Notes under the pieces: generated by a model
The model's input: the letters and a program-made list of their open reading frames with translations, nothing else
Told to the model about the DNA's origin: nothing
The model's database searches: none
Part shown: piece by piece, positions 1 through 7,308 of the stretch
Layout: every line of letters starts with the position of its first letter
Numbering within the stretch: the first letter of the stretch is position 1
From: an uncultured Gammaproteobacteria bacterium
GTDB lineage: Bacteria; Patescibacteriota; Microgenomatia; Woykebacterales; RBG-16-39-9b
Assembly: GCA_965231125.1 (NCBI GenBank)
Contig: OZ246414.1
Span: 384,137 to 448,136 of the forward strand
Length of the DNA stretch: 64,000 nucleotides
Direction of reading: 5' to 3'
Made by a program: the position numbers and the translations under genes

Positions 1-170
1 CATCCCTCACAACTGCCGGCACTATTTTCTGGTAAAAGCCGGTTTTTTCCAAGGAATTTTTGAGAGAGTCTTTGTTGAGTAGTACTGCCTGGAAGTTAAA
101 AACTAAAATGCTGATAATAAAAATAGGTACGAAAACTAGCGCTAAGAGGGCAGTAAAAAAAGTCCGCATC
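1..170 (-). CDS. Partial membrane protein (N-terminal part only; the gene runs off the left window edge)
   Basis: The reverse complement of 1-170 reads ATG(168-170) MRTFFTALLALVFVPIFIISILVFNFQAVLLNKDSLKNSLEKTGFYQKIVPAVVRD with no stop codon before the edge. The N-terminus is hydrophobic and helix-like. This ORF is absent from the ORF track because it is truncated. Confidence 0.35.
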
Positions 171-212
171 TTCTCAATTAAATCAAAAACGCTCTTACCA
201 AGCAAGTGCTTT

Positions 213-1451
213 TCAAGGTGCTAGTATTGGGACGTGAAGAAGTACCGAAAGCAAGTAGTAAATTAAAAATAGTACCAAGATTATAAAACCGTAGTAATAC
301 CAAGAGGCTTTTCCGCTTTCTACATCGCGGAAGGTCCAACGACTGTTTACAAGATAGTTAAAGATTAAAACTGCCGGCACGGTTAGAAGTTTAGCAGAAA
401 GATCGTAAATCGAAAATACCTGTAAGAGTATCAAAAAAATAATCTGATTCAGCACATAACCGCCAAGAGAAACGAATTGAAAGATGAAAAACCGTTTAAA
501 AAATGGGTCTTGGATATTGCGTTTTGAGAAAGTCCACAAGTTGTTCCAAAAGAAACTCCAGACTATCGCAACTTCTACAGATATTTGATTGGCATTAATT
601 GAGGCTGCGCCAAAGCTTCTGGTTAGGATGTACAGTGTGCCAATGTCTACAATAGTATTGGTAACACCAACAATAGAAAACTGCCAGAAAGTTCGATAAC
701 GATAGATAAGGTAAAAGATTCGGTCCGTTACCGAGCCGTATTCGTCAGAGTAGAAAAGGCGAATTTTAAACAAGTCCACCAACATTTTTAATGAATCCTT
801 AATTGGGTGCACACTACTGTGGGGGTCGTTGTACCAAAGTACCGGTACTTCGGCTATTTTCAGACCGTGTTTTTTGGCGACGTAAAGAAGCTCAACATCA
901 AACCCAAAATCAAAAATTTTTTGGTTTTTGAATATATCTATGGTAGATTCTCTTTTGAAAAGTTTAAATCCACATTGAGTATCCACGATATCTTTTACGG
1001 TTAGGGTTCGAACTAATATATTAAAACTTCGGCCCATAACTTCCCGCAAGATATTTTGTTTCCTTTTTACGCTTCCTCGTTCCAACGCTCTTGATCCAAT
1101 TGCAATATCATACCCTTGTCTAATTTTGGCTAAAAGTTTTTCGATTTCTTCTATCGGGGTGGAGCCGTCTGCATCTGTAAATAAAACAAAATCCCCAGAA
1201 GAGTTTAGTACGCCTTTGCCAACAGCATAGCCTTTGCCAGCAAGTGGACTTTCCGCCAAACGGAGAATTGCCAGGTTTTTAATTTTTTCAGAAAAACTCT
1301 CGGCCACTTGAATAGTTTTATCGGTGCTGGCATCGTCGACAACAATTACCTCGGTTTCTTCTTTGAAGTTTTTTAAAAAACTAGCAAGTTTTTCTAAAGT
1401 CCGCCCAATTCGTTTTTCCTCGTTAAAAGCAGGAATAATTATAGAAATCAT
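213..1451 (-). CDS. GT2 family glycosyltransferase (dolichyl/polyprenyl-phosphate sugar synthase-like) fused to a C-terminal GtrA-like membrane domain
   Basis: The N-terminus MISIIIPAFNEEKRIGRTLEKL...VVDDASTDKT is a typical GT2 nucleotide-binding region with an acidic-residue motif. The C-terminal ~120 aa form four hydrophobic helices, as in GtrA/polysaccharide-synthesis membrane proteins. Confidence 0.75.
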   Translation of the reverse strand: MISIIIPAFNEEKRIGRTLEKLASFLKNFKEETEVIVVDDASTDKTIQVAESFSEKIKNLAILRLAESPLAGKGYAVGKGVLNSSGDFVLFTDADGSTPIEEIEKLLAKIRQGYDIAIGSRALERGSVKRKQNILREVMGRSFNILVRTLTVKDIVDTQCGFKLFKRESTIDIFKNQKIFDFGFDVELLYVAKKHGLKIAEVPVLWYNDPHSSVHPIKDSLKMLVDLFKIRLFYSDEYGSVTDRIFYLIYRYRTFWQFSIVGVTNTIVDIGTLYILTRSFGAASINANQISVEVAIVWSFFWNNLWTFSKRNIQDPFFKRFFIFQFVSLGGYVLNQIIFLILLQVFSIYDLSAKLLTVPAVLIFNYLVNSRWTFRDVESGKASWYYYGFIILVLFLIYYLLSVLLHVPILAP

Positions 1452-1531
1452 GACACGGTTTATTATCAGTTAAAGGTAAATACCTGTCAACGAATTTTGA
1501 CTTAATGGTAGAGTGGGTTTAAAATAAATTT

Positions 1532-2899
1532 ATGGATCCTGCCCAAACCAATACAAATTTAACTTCGCCCGCAACTGCCCAAAATCCACCGCAAGGTGGG
1601 GCTAATCTACAAAAGCCACAGGGTGTATCTAACCAGCCTCAGACAACTGCGGTGCAACAACCCTCTCCCGCTCAACAGGCGGCAAATGGTGTCGGTGCAA
1701 AGCCAGATTACACGAAACCTTATCAAGCAGGCCAAGTCCCTAGTGCTGTCCCTCAAACTCAGGGACAAAAAACTGCCCTTTCACTACTAGACCAACAAAA
1801 CTTAGAGGATATTTTGGTTGGGATTGGTCAGTTGCTGCTTTCCATGCAGATTTATAAAGCAGATCACCCGACTGTTAAGAAAAAGATTACGGATTTGGCT
1901 CTTAAGATAATCAAGACTGCCCAAACCTCCGGTAGGCTTATCTTATCCAACCGGGAAGATCTAATTTTTTTGAACGGTTATCAAGAAAAAGTTTCGGGCG
2001 GTCCCTTACAAAAATTAGTCGACACCTTAAAATTCCTTAAGGTGGCTAGTTTTGAGATTGAGAAAGGTATAACGGAACAGGAAGTAACGCTATTTTTCTC
2101 ACTTTTGGCGGCCCAAAGAAGGGCCCAAGTCACGGGCGATATTAAAGGACAACTGCAAAAAGCTGGCATTTCTCACATCAGACCAATTTTCCTCCAATAT
2201 GTTGAGGTTAATGATCTTGCCAAAGACGTTCCAGAACCTAAAAATGTAATTGAAGGAACCAAGCAAGGTTATAAAAAAAGCGATTACACCGTCGAGGAAC
2301 AAATGATTGGAGATTTCTTGAAGGGTAAAATTGCCACTTTACCAAAGAGGGTAAACACGTTTCTTTTAAATCATCCGAAGCTGGCAGCGCTGGTTTTGAT
2401 AAAACTTTTGGACGAATATCAAATTCAGAACCTGGATAGTTTTTCCGCCTTTCAGACTTACGTTAAATCGCTAAGCCACTATATGGCCCGACTTTCACGA
2501 GTTGTAGGAAATCCGGATAAAGTTGCGCAAGCCCTCGAAAGATTAGAAAAACATTTAAACATTGGGCTTCGGTCGTTAGAAAAAGATAAAAAATTTATTA
2601 CCACCGCGAGACAAGAGATTAAAGATGCTAATTCCTGGGTTCAAATAGAACAAATCCTAAGTCATTATGAGGAAGCCAAGAAAAATCTATCCGCCCAAGA
2701 GCAAGAAATAATCGATGCCATTGAAAAAAGAAAAGTTCCATCTATCCCCGATCTGCGCCAGAGATTAAATGAGTTGGGACTTTTTCAGAGTAAACTGTCT
2801 GCTTATTTTCAAGCCTCGCGACCCGCGGTCGACCTGCCTGCCGGCAAGGCAGGGAAAACGTCGGAAACCCCGACTTCAGTCGGGGAGGACGTTATCTAA
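1532..2899 (+). CDS. Hypothetical cytoplasmic protein with a Pro/Gln/Thr-rich low-complexity N-terminus
   Basis: The 455-aa ORF has consistent coding texture. The first ~90 aa are P/Q/A/T-rich, and the remainder looks helical without TM segments. I recognised no family. The 3' end overlaps the hairpin motif at 2855-2896. Confidence 0.5.
   Translation: MDPAQTNTNLTSPATAQNPPQGGANLQKPQGVSNQPQTTAVQQPSPAQQAANGVGAKPDYTKPYQAGQVPSAVPQTQGQKTALSLLDQQNLEDILVGIGQLLLSMQIYKADHPTVKKKITDLALKIIKTAQTSGRLILSNREDLIFLNGYQEKVSGGPLQKLVDTLKFLKVASFEIEKGITEQEVTLFFSLLAAQRRAQVTGDIKGQLQKAGISHIRPIFLQYVEVNDLAKDVPEPKNVIEGTKQGYKKSDYTVEEQMIGDFLKGKIATLPKRVNTFLLNHPKLAALVLIKLLDEYQIQNLDSFSAFQTYVKSLSHYMARLSRVVGNPDKVAQALERLEKHLNIGLRSLEKDKKFITTARQEIKDANSWVQIEQILSHYEEAKKNLSAQEQEIIDAIEKRKVPSIPDLRQRLNELGLFQSKLSAYFQASRPAVDLPAGKAGKTSETPTSVGEDVI
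2855..2896 (+). repeat. Hairpin element, copy 1: conserved flanks AAAACGTCGGAAACC...AGGACG around a GC-rich stem (CCCCGAC-TTCA-GTCGGGG)
   Basis: The sequence is aaaacgtcggaaaccccgacttcagtcggggaggacgtta. It forms an outer 5-bp stem ACGTC/GACGT, an internal loop GGAAA/AG and an inner 7-bp stem. Copy 2 at 3011 keeps identical flanks but has a completely different, still complementary, inner stem. Confidence 0.6.
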
Positions 2900-2912
2900 C
2901 CGAGTGAGTCAC

Positions 2913-2941
2913 TTGACTTATAGTGCCCGCTGATTTAAAAT
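2913..2941 (+). promoter_or_regulatory. Sigma70-like promoter (TTGACT-17 nt-TAAAAT) for the surface repeat protein gene
   Basis: ttgact lies at 2913-2918, followed by a 17-nt spacer and taaaat at 2936-2941. An 11-nt palindrome agtgagtcact (2903-2913) abuts the -35 element. The implied transcription start site is about 150 nt upstream of the ATG at 3102. Confidence 0.5.
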
Positions 2942-3010
2942 TAAATTAGGATGAAACCTGCCCAACTAATCCGCAACTTTTTATTTTCAAGTCCCGATCA
3001 TCGGGGCGAG

Positions 3011-3052
3011 AAAACGTCGGAAACCGCGGCCTTTAGGCCGCGGAGGACGACA
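3011..3052 (+). repeat. Hairpin element, copy 2: same flanks, inner stem CCGCGGCC-TTTA-GGCCGCGG
   Basis: The sequence is aaaacgtcggaaaccgcggcctttaggccgcggaggacgaca. The inner stem covaries fully relative to copy 1. This copy lies in the 5' leader of the 3102 gene. Confidence 0.6.
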
Positions 3053-3101
3053 TTTAATTTCACTTACCATCTTTGTTTAATTTGTAGCTGGGGGGCTGAA
3101 A

Positions 3102-4298
3102 ATGGCTGTTAATAAGGGCCTACTAGTCACTCTTTTTATTCTGATTGGTTTAGTTGGGGTTTACTTTGCAACCCGCGTAGTTGTGGGCAGTAGTCTAATA
3201 ACTACGAGCCAAATAGCGGATAATGCAGTTACAAGTAGTAAAATTAAGAATGGAACAGTGACGAGATACGATCTTGCTACCAGCACAGTAACCGGGGCTA
3301 GGGTGGCTTCTAATACTTTGACGACTGCGAATATCGCTACCGGGGGAGTTGCCTCAAGCGAAATTTTAAACGGTTCGATTGCTTTCGCCGACTGGGCTTC
3401 GAACAGCTGTTCGGCTGCCGATGTGCCTCAATGGAACGGCTCGGCCTGGACCTGCGCCGCGGTAGGTAACGGTGGTACAGTGACCTCCGTCGCTACCGGT
3501 GCGGGGCTGACAGGCGGACCGATTACACTATCAGGTACCATCAGCATTGCAACCGGGGCGGTTACGTCGGCGATGATAGCCGACGGCACCGTTACATCAA
3601 CCGATATTACCGACAGCACGATAACAACCACCGATATAGCTGCGGACACAATCACTGCGGCGGACATTGCCGCTGGCGGAGTTGGTACAAGTGAGATTGC
3701 TGATGGCACGGTAACCTCAACCGATATTACCGACGGCACGATAACAACCACCGACATTGCCGCGGACACTATCGCCGCTGCCGACATCGCTGCCGGCGCA
3801 GTTGGAACAAGCGAAATAGCCGACGGCACAGTCTCTTCTACCGACATAGCTAACGGAACAATTGCCACAGTTGATATTGCTGCCAACGCGGTAGATACAA
3901 GTAAGCTTTCTTTGGCAGCCTCGATTCAAAGCGTGCAGGTTCAGGTTGGGGATGTGGCCGCGGGTACAGATAAAGAAATACCTGTTTTTGTAGGTCCAAT
4001 AACCCAAGCCTCAACGATTGTGCGTGTTTCCTACATAAATGCGTCAAATATCACGGCAAACGGCACTGATTACACCACCCTTTCTCTGGAACGTAAGTCT
4101 GCTGTAGCAGGGCAGACTTCCAGTGTAAGCACTAGTGTCACAAGTTTAACCGCTTTTATTGCAAGTGTGGACATCACTCTTGCTAACAAAACGGTTGCTT
4201 CAGCGGACGTTTATTCCTTTAAAAAGGCTGATACTGGTGCTGGACAGGCGATAGATGATATGCTGGTAACGATAGATTATGTAGTTGCCGAGCCTTAA
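3102..4298 (+). CDS. Membrane-anchored surface protein with tail-fibre-like repeats (..IADGTVTSTDITDGTITTTDIAADTI..)
   Basis: The N-terminal signal anchor is MAVNKGLLVTLFILIGLVGVYFA. The body is made of about 10-aa units of the form xxxIAxxAVTxxKIxxGxVT, the pattern seen in phage tail-fibre repeats, organised into three ~40-aa super-repeats. A good Shine-Dalgarno ggggggctgaaa precedes the ATG. The C-terminal ~130 aa are non-repetitive. Confidence 0.7.
   Translation: MAVNKGLLVTLFILIGLVGVYFATRVVVGSSLITTSQIADNAVTSSKIKNGTVTRYDLATSTVTGARVASNTLTTANIATGGVASSEILNGSIAFADWASNSCSAADVPQWNGSAWTCAAVGNGGTVTSVATGAGLTGGPITLSGTISIATGAVTSAMIADGTVTSTDITDSTITTTDIAADTITAADIAAGGVGTSEIADGTVTSTDITDGTITTTDIAADTIAAADIAAGAVGTSEIADGTVSSTDIANGTIATVDIAANAVDTSKLSLAASIQSVQVQVGDVAAGTDKEIPVFVGPITQASTIVRVSYINASNITANGTDYTTLSLERKSAVAGQTSSVSTSVTSLTAFIASVDITLANKTVASADVYSFKKADTGAGQAIDDMLVTIDYVVAEP
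3581..3860 (+). repeat. Intragenic tandem DNA repeat, 120-bp unit, about 2.3 copies
   Basis: Unit starts fall at 3581, 3701 and 3821 (cgacggcacc / tgatggcacg / cgacggcaca). Units are roughly 85-90% identical by eye and encode the 40-aa super-repeat of the surface protein. Confidence 0.8.
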
Positions 4299-4323
4299 TT
4301 CAGATTTCGGTTGCAGAGATTTT

Positions 4324-4358
4324 AAAAGCTCCAAGTTCGGAGCTTTTTCTTTTTTAGT
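4324..4358 (+). terminator. Intrinsic terminator after the surface-protein gene
   Basis: The sequence is aaaagctccaagttcggagctttttctttttt. Stem AGCTCC/GGAGCT is 6 bp with A/T extensions, and a 13-nt T-run follows. Confidence 0.7.
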
Positions 4359-4397
4359 GACGTAGATTAAACGGTTGGTGGTTGGTATAATTCAAAG

Positions 4398-4946
4398 GTG
4401 ATGTGGTTGAGAAAAAGGCATTCAAACAAAAAGGGTTTGCTTTTTGTAACTTTTATATTGGTTTTTGTCGTGACTCTTCTGGTCCTTTCTTTTTTTGAAA
4501 AAAGTAAAAAGTTTGAAAATGCTTATTTTTCTTTTACCGTACCAGCCGGTTGGAAGCAGGATGATTTAGTGACAACTAAGTTGCAAGGTTACCTGGATGT
4601 CAGAATCCGTAGGCAAGACCCAAAGGCTGTCTTTCTTGTTCGGGCGCTGCCGACAAAGGGACCGGTGGATTTTAACGATCTTCAAAACAAACTTCGAGAC
4701 TCTTCTACTAAAAGTTTTAAGAGCTTTCAAGAGATAAAGGGGGAGCAGCAGAAAATCAGCGGCCACGACGGCCTGTACTATGAATTTAAATATAGTCAAG
4801 CTGGGTCAACGGAACACGAGGATATGATAATCACCGAAGTTGGAGATAAAGTTTACTATCTAATTGGGCAAACGGCGGACAGTGATTACAATAAAGTCCG
4901 TGGCAGTTTTGAAAAAATATTTAAGTCGTTTAAGTTTAAAAGTTAG
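4398..4946 (+). CDS. Hypothetical membrane-anchored protein (N-terminal TM, ~150-aa extracytoplasmic domain)
   Basis: MMWLRKRHSNKKGLLFVTFILVFVVTLLVLSFF is followed by a mixed alpha/beta-looking domain. The start is GTG 4398 or ATG 4401. A TATAAT sits at 4386-4391 immediately upstream. Confidence 0.5.
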   Translation: MMWLRKRHSNKKGLLFVTFILVFVVTLLVLSFFEKSKKFENAYFSFTVPAGWKQDDLVTTKLQGYLDVRIRRQDPKAVFLVRALPTKGPVDFNDLQNKLRDSSTKSFKSFQEIKGEQQKISGHDGLYYEFKYSQAGSTEHEDMIITEVGDKVYYLIGQTADSDYNKVRGSFEKIFKSFKFKS

Positions 4947-5075
4947 GGCAGACTACCTCACAAATTAGTATTTTCCCGTCTTGACAAGGCTTCTCATTAT
5001 GTTTTTAATAGTCTAACTGTTTTAGAGTGCTGAGCGTACCGGTCTGGAACCTTTCAAGTCCTTATAACAATTGCT

Positions 5076-5597
5076 CTAGTTACCAAAAGAAAATGGGTGC
5101 TTTTTGGTAAATCTAGGAATTGTAATAGAGTTATTTATTAAAGAGTAGACCTCAATGATTAGTATTGGATTAATGTTCTCTTTATAATAAATTTTGTCTG
5201 TTAACCTGTCTTGTAAAGGAGGGAGATCAATTTTATTGTCGGATAATATTATTTCTATTCCGACAGGTAGTTTAACATCTAAGTCTAAAACGATATCTTC
5301 ATTTTCCTGTAGTGATACGCAATTTTTTGGATCAGGTGCGCCATTTTGTATCAAGAATAATTGTACTAATGGTTCTGGTCCATTAAATTTAGAAAGAGGT
5401 TGTCTTTGTTTTTCCACTGTTAGTTCTGGAAATTTACGAGTAATATCTGATTTTCCATGAGAATTGCCGCTTTCGTGATAGGAAAAGTGACTTTTTTTAT
5501 CTCTTAGATCGTTAAAATAAAGATCTGTTGGGGTTCTGTTGACTTCCCAGAGCTTGTAAAGTTTTCCATTGTTTTTATAGAGTATCTTAAATTTCAT
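5076..5597 (-). CDS. Hypothetical protein (orphan, AT-rich gene)
   Basis: The 173-aa ORF has no TM segment and I recognised no family. It lies in an AT-rich block. Confidence 0.4.
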   Translation of the reverse strand: MKFKILYKNNGKLYKLWEVNRTPTDLYFNDLRDKKSHFSYHESGNSHGKSDITRKFPELTVEKQRQPLSKFNGPEPLVQLFLIQNGAPDPKNCVSLQENEDIVLDLDVKLPVGIEIILSDNKIDLPPLQDRLTDKIYYKENINPILIIEVYSLINNSITIPRFTKKHPFSFGN

Positions 5598-5652
5598 AGA
5601 AGTTTGGACCTATTCTATCGCTATGTAGTTTGATGTGGGACATAGAAATAAC

Positions 5653-6105
5653 TTAAACTTGGGTATCTCCGCCGCGATTAGAGAAAAACCATAGCGTTCG
5701 AGGAAGTAATCCTGTATATCCCAGTAGAGCTATTAAAAGTAGTACCAGTTCTTTTATTCCTAAGCCATCTAAATTTACCGGAAAGCTGGTAAAGTTTAAT
5801 TTTCCTAATAACAAATATAGGGCTAAGCTTCCAACAACCCCACAAACAAGATGTATCCATACCTGATGCCCTTTATATAAAGATAGTTCTTTGAAGTCTG
5901 GGTTTGACTTGAAATTCTCTTTACTATTGATTTTTGGTGATAGCCAAATGAAGTCGTTATACAAACCATAATATACACCTGATATTAGACCACTAAGAAT
6001 TAAAACAATTAATTTCCAGGGTAGTGAGGCTAAGACCTTTGGGTCAACGATTCCTAAAAATAGTAAGATTGTGATTGAAATTCGAACAATTAATTCTCTA
6101 ATCAT
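5653..6105 (-). CDS. Hypothetical integral membrane protein (4 predicted TM helices)
   Basis: The 150-aa ORF has four hydrophobic stretches and is AT-rich. It is co-directional with 5076..5597. Confidence 0.45.
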   Translation of the reverse strand: MIRELIVRISITILLFLGIVDPKVLASLPWKLIVLILSGLISGVYYGLYNDFIWLSPKINSKENFKSNPDFKELSLYKGHQVWIHLVCGVVGSLALYLLLGKLNFTSFPVNLDGLGIKELVLLLIALLGYTGLLPRTLWFFSNRGGDTQV

Positions 6106-6169
6106 AGTTGTTGGTTCGGATTTTAAATCATTAACTAAGAGCTTTGCAAGCCGTTTAAGGATATTTTAG

Positions 6170-6318
6170 GGAAATAGGTCACTGGGTGTGCACAACCTGG
6201 CTGCCTCAGTCGTATTCGTACGACTGCCTCTCTTCCCAAGCAAATCTTAGTTCGACAGGCTCACTGTAAACTGGAGGTTTTCTTAGGACAAGAAGCTAGC
6301 TGAAAGGCTAGTTTTTTG
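6170..6318 (+). ncRNA. Candidate structured RNA or leader element upstream of cyoA (class unknown)
   Basis: This is a locally GC-richer intergenic stretch. It holds a perfect 8-bp stem capped by a UUCG tetraloop (cagtcgta-ttcg-tacgactg, 6207-6226) and ends in a terminator. It lies on the + strand between a minus-strand gene and cyoA. Confidence 0.3.
6294..6318 (+). terminator. Intrinsic terminator-like hairpin about 75 nt upstream of cyoA
   Basis: The sequence is agctagctgaaaggctagtttttt. The stem is about 7 bp including one G-U pair, followed by a T6 run. Confidence 0.45.
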
Positions 6319-6391
6319 TTGGGAAATCTTTGAGTGTTTAGTTTAAGGGATGTACTTATCAGGCGAGAATTTGTATATTGGAAGTAAAGGT

Positions 6392-7306
6392 ATGAGCAAA
6401 AAATACATACTTGCATTGTTTATTACTCTCCTTCTTGGGTTAGTACTGTCAGCTACACTTTTTTTCCGCGGTCACACCGTTGCAGTTTTTGATCCAAAAG
6501 GAATAGTAGCTCTACAAGAGCGCAACCTCATTATCTTCGCTTTACTACTATCTTTAATTGTCGTCATTCCAGTCTTTGTTCTGACTTTTGTTTTCGCCTG
6601 GAAGTTTCGGGAAGGTAGGGAAGAAAAGTATGATCCGGACTCGAACCACAGCCGGTGGTTGGAGTTCTTTTGGTGGGCGATTCCTGCCACTGTTATTCTC
6701 GTACTTGCGATCGTAACCTGGAGAGGCACTCATGCACTCGATCCACGTAAACCAATTGAGACTTCCGAGAAGCCTGTCACGATACAGGTGGTAGCGCTGC
6801 GATGGAAGTGGCTCTTTATCTACCCGCAGCAGAATATTGCCACAGTCAACTTTATTCAGTTTCCGGCTCGTACTCCGATTAATTTTGAGCTAACCGCCGA
6901 TGCTCCGATGAATTCATTTTGGATTCCGCAACTTGGCGGTCAGATATACGCGATGGCAGGGATGAGGACGCAGCTGCACCTCATGGCCTCCGAACCGGGG
7001 GAATTTGCCGGCTCAGCTGCCGAGATAAGCGGCCGGGGATTTGCGGGAATGAAGTTTACCGCGAAAGCGAGTTCGGTTGCGGATTTTGACGCGTGGGTAG
7101 GGTCCGTTAGAGGGTCACCAAATGTGCTTATTATGGATGAGTATAATAAACTCTCGCAGCCTAGTGAAGATAGTCCGGTCTCTTACTACTCGTGGGTTGA
7201 TCCGGGTCTTTATGACAGCGTTGTGATGAAATACATGATGCCTACCATGCCGGCAGGCGCACAAATGCCGAGCATGCAGAATATGAATATGGGGGGTTCG
7301 TACTGA
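6392..7306 (+). CDS. cyoA: Cytochrome bo3-type ubiquinol oxidase subunit II
   Basis: The protein has a signal/TM region and two TM helices followed by a cupredoxin-like domain ([54 protein letters not shown]). Subunits I, III, IV and a heme O synthase follow directly. I prefer a start at MSKKY (6392) over the track start 6350 because of Shine-Dalgarno spacing. Confidence 0.8.
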   Translation: MSKKYILALFITLLLGLVLSATLFFRGHTVAVFDPKGIVALQERNLIIFALLLSLIVVIPVFVLTFVFAWKFREGREEKYDPDSNHSRWLEFFWWAIPATVILVLAIVTWRGTHALDPRKPIETSEKPVTIQVVALRWKWLFIYPQQNIATVNFIQFPARTPINFELTADAPMNSFWIPQLGGQIYAMAGMRTQLHLMASEPGEFAGSAAEISGRGFAGMKFTAKASSVADFDAWVGSVRGSPNVLIMDEYNKLSQPSEDSPVSYYSWVDPGLYDSVVMKYMMPTMPAGAQMPSMQNMNMGGSY

Positions 7307-7308
7307 CG

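Noticed and set aside
3581-3860. Regularly spaced 120-bp direct repeats that could superficially suggest a repeat array
   Set aside because: The units are contiguous with no unique spacers. They are roughly 85-90% rather than 100% identical, and they lie in frame inside a clearly coding gene where they encode a 40-aa protein repeat. This is not a CRISPR array.
3428-4047. Antisense ORFs inside the surface repeat-protein gene (3428..3886, 3717..4007, 3850..4047 on the minus strand)
   Set aside because: These are artefacts of the GC-rich repetitive coding sequence on the opposite strand. They have no start context and no independent support.
6170-6290. TPP riboswitch or SRP RNA in the cyoA upstream region
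   Set aside because: It has ACUGGGUGUG and AACCUG-like fragments but lacks the CUGAGA core of TPP aptamers. It also lacks the GGAA-capped helix-8 motif of SRP RNA. I leave it as an unclassified structured element.
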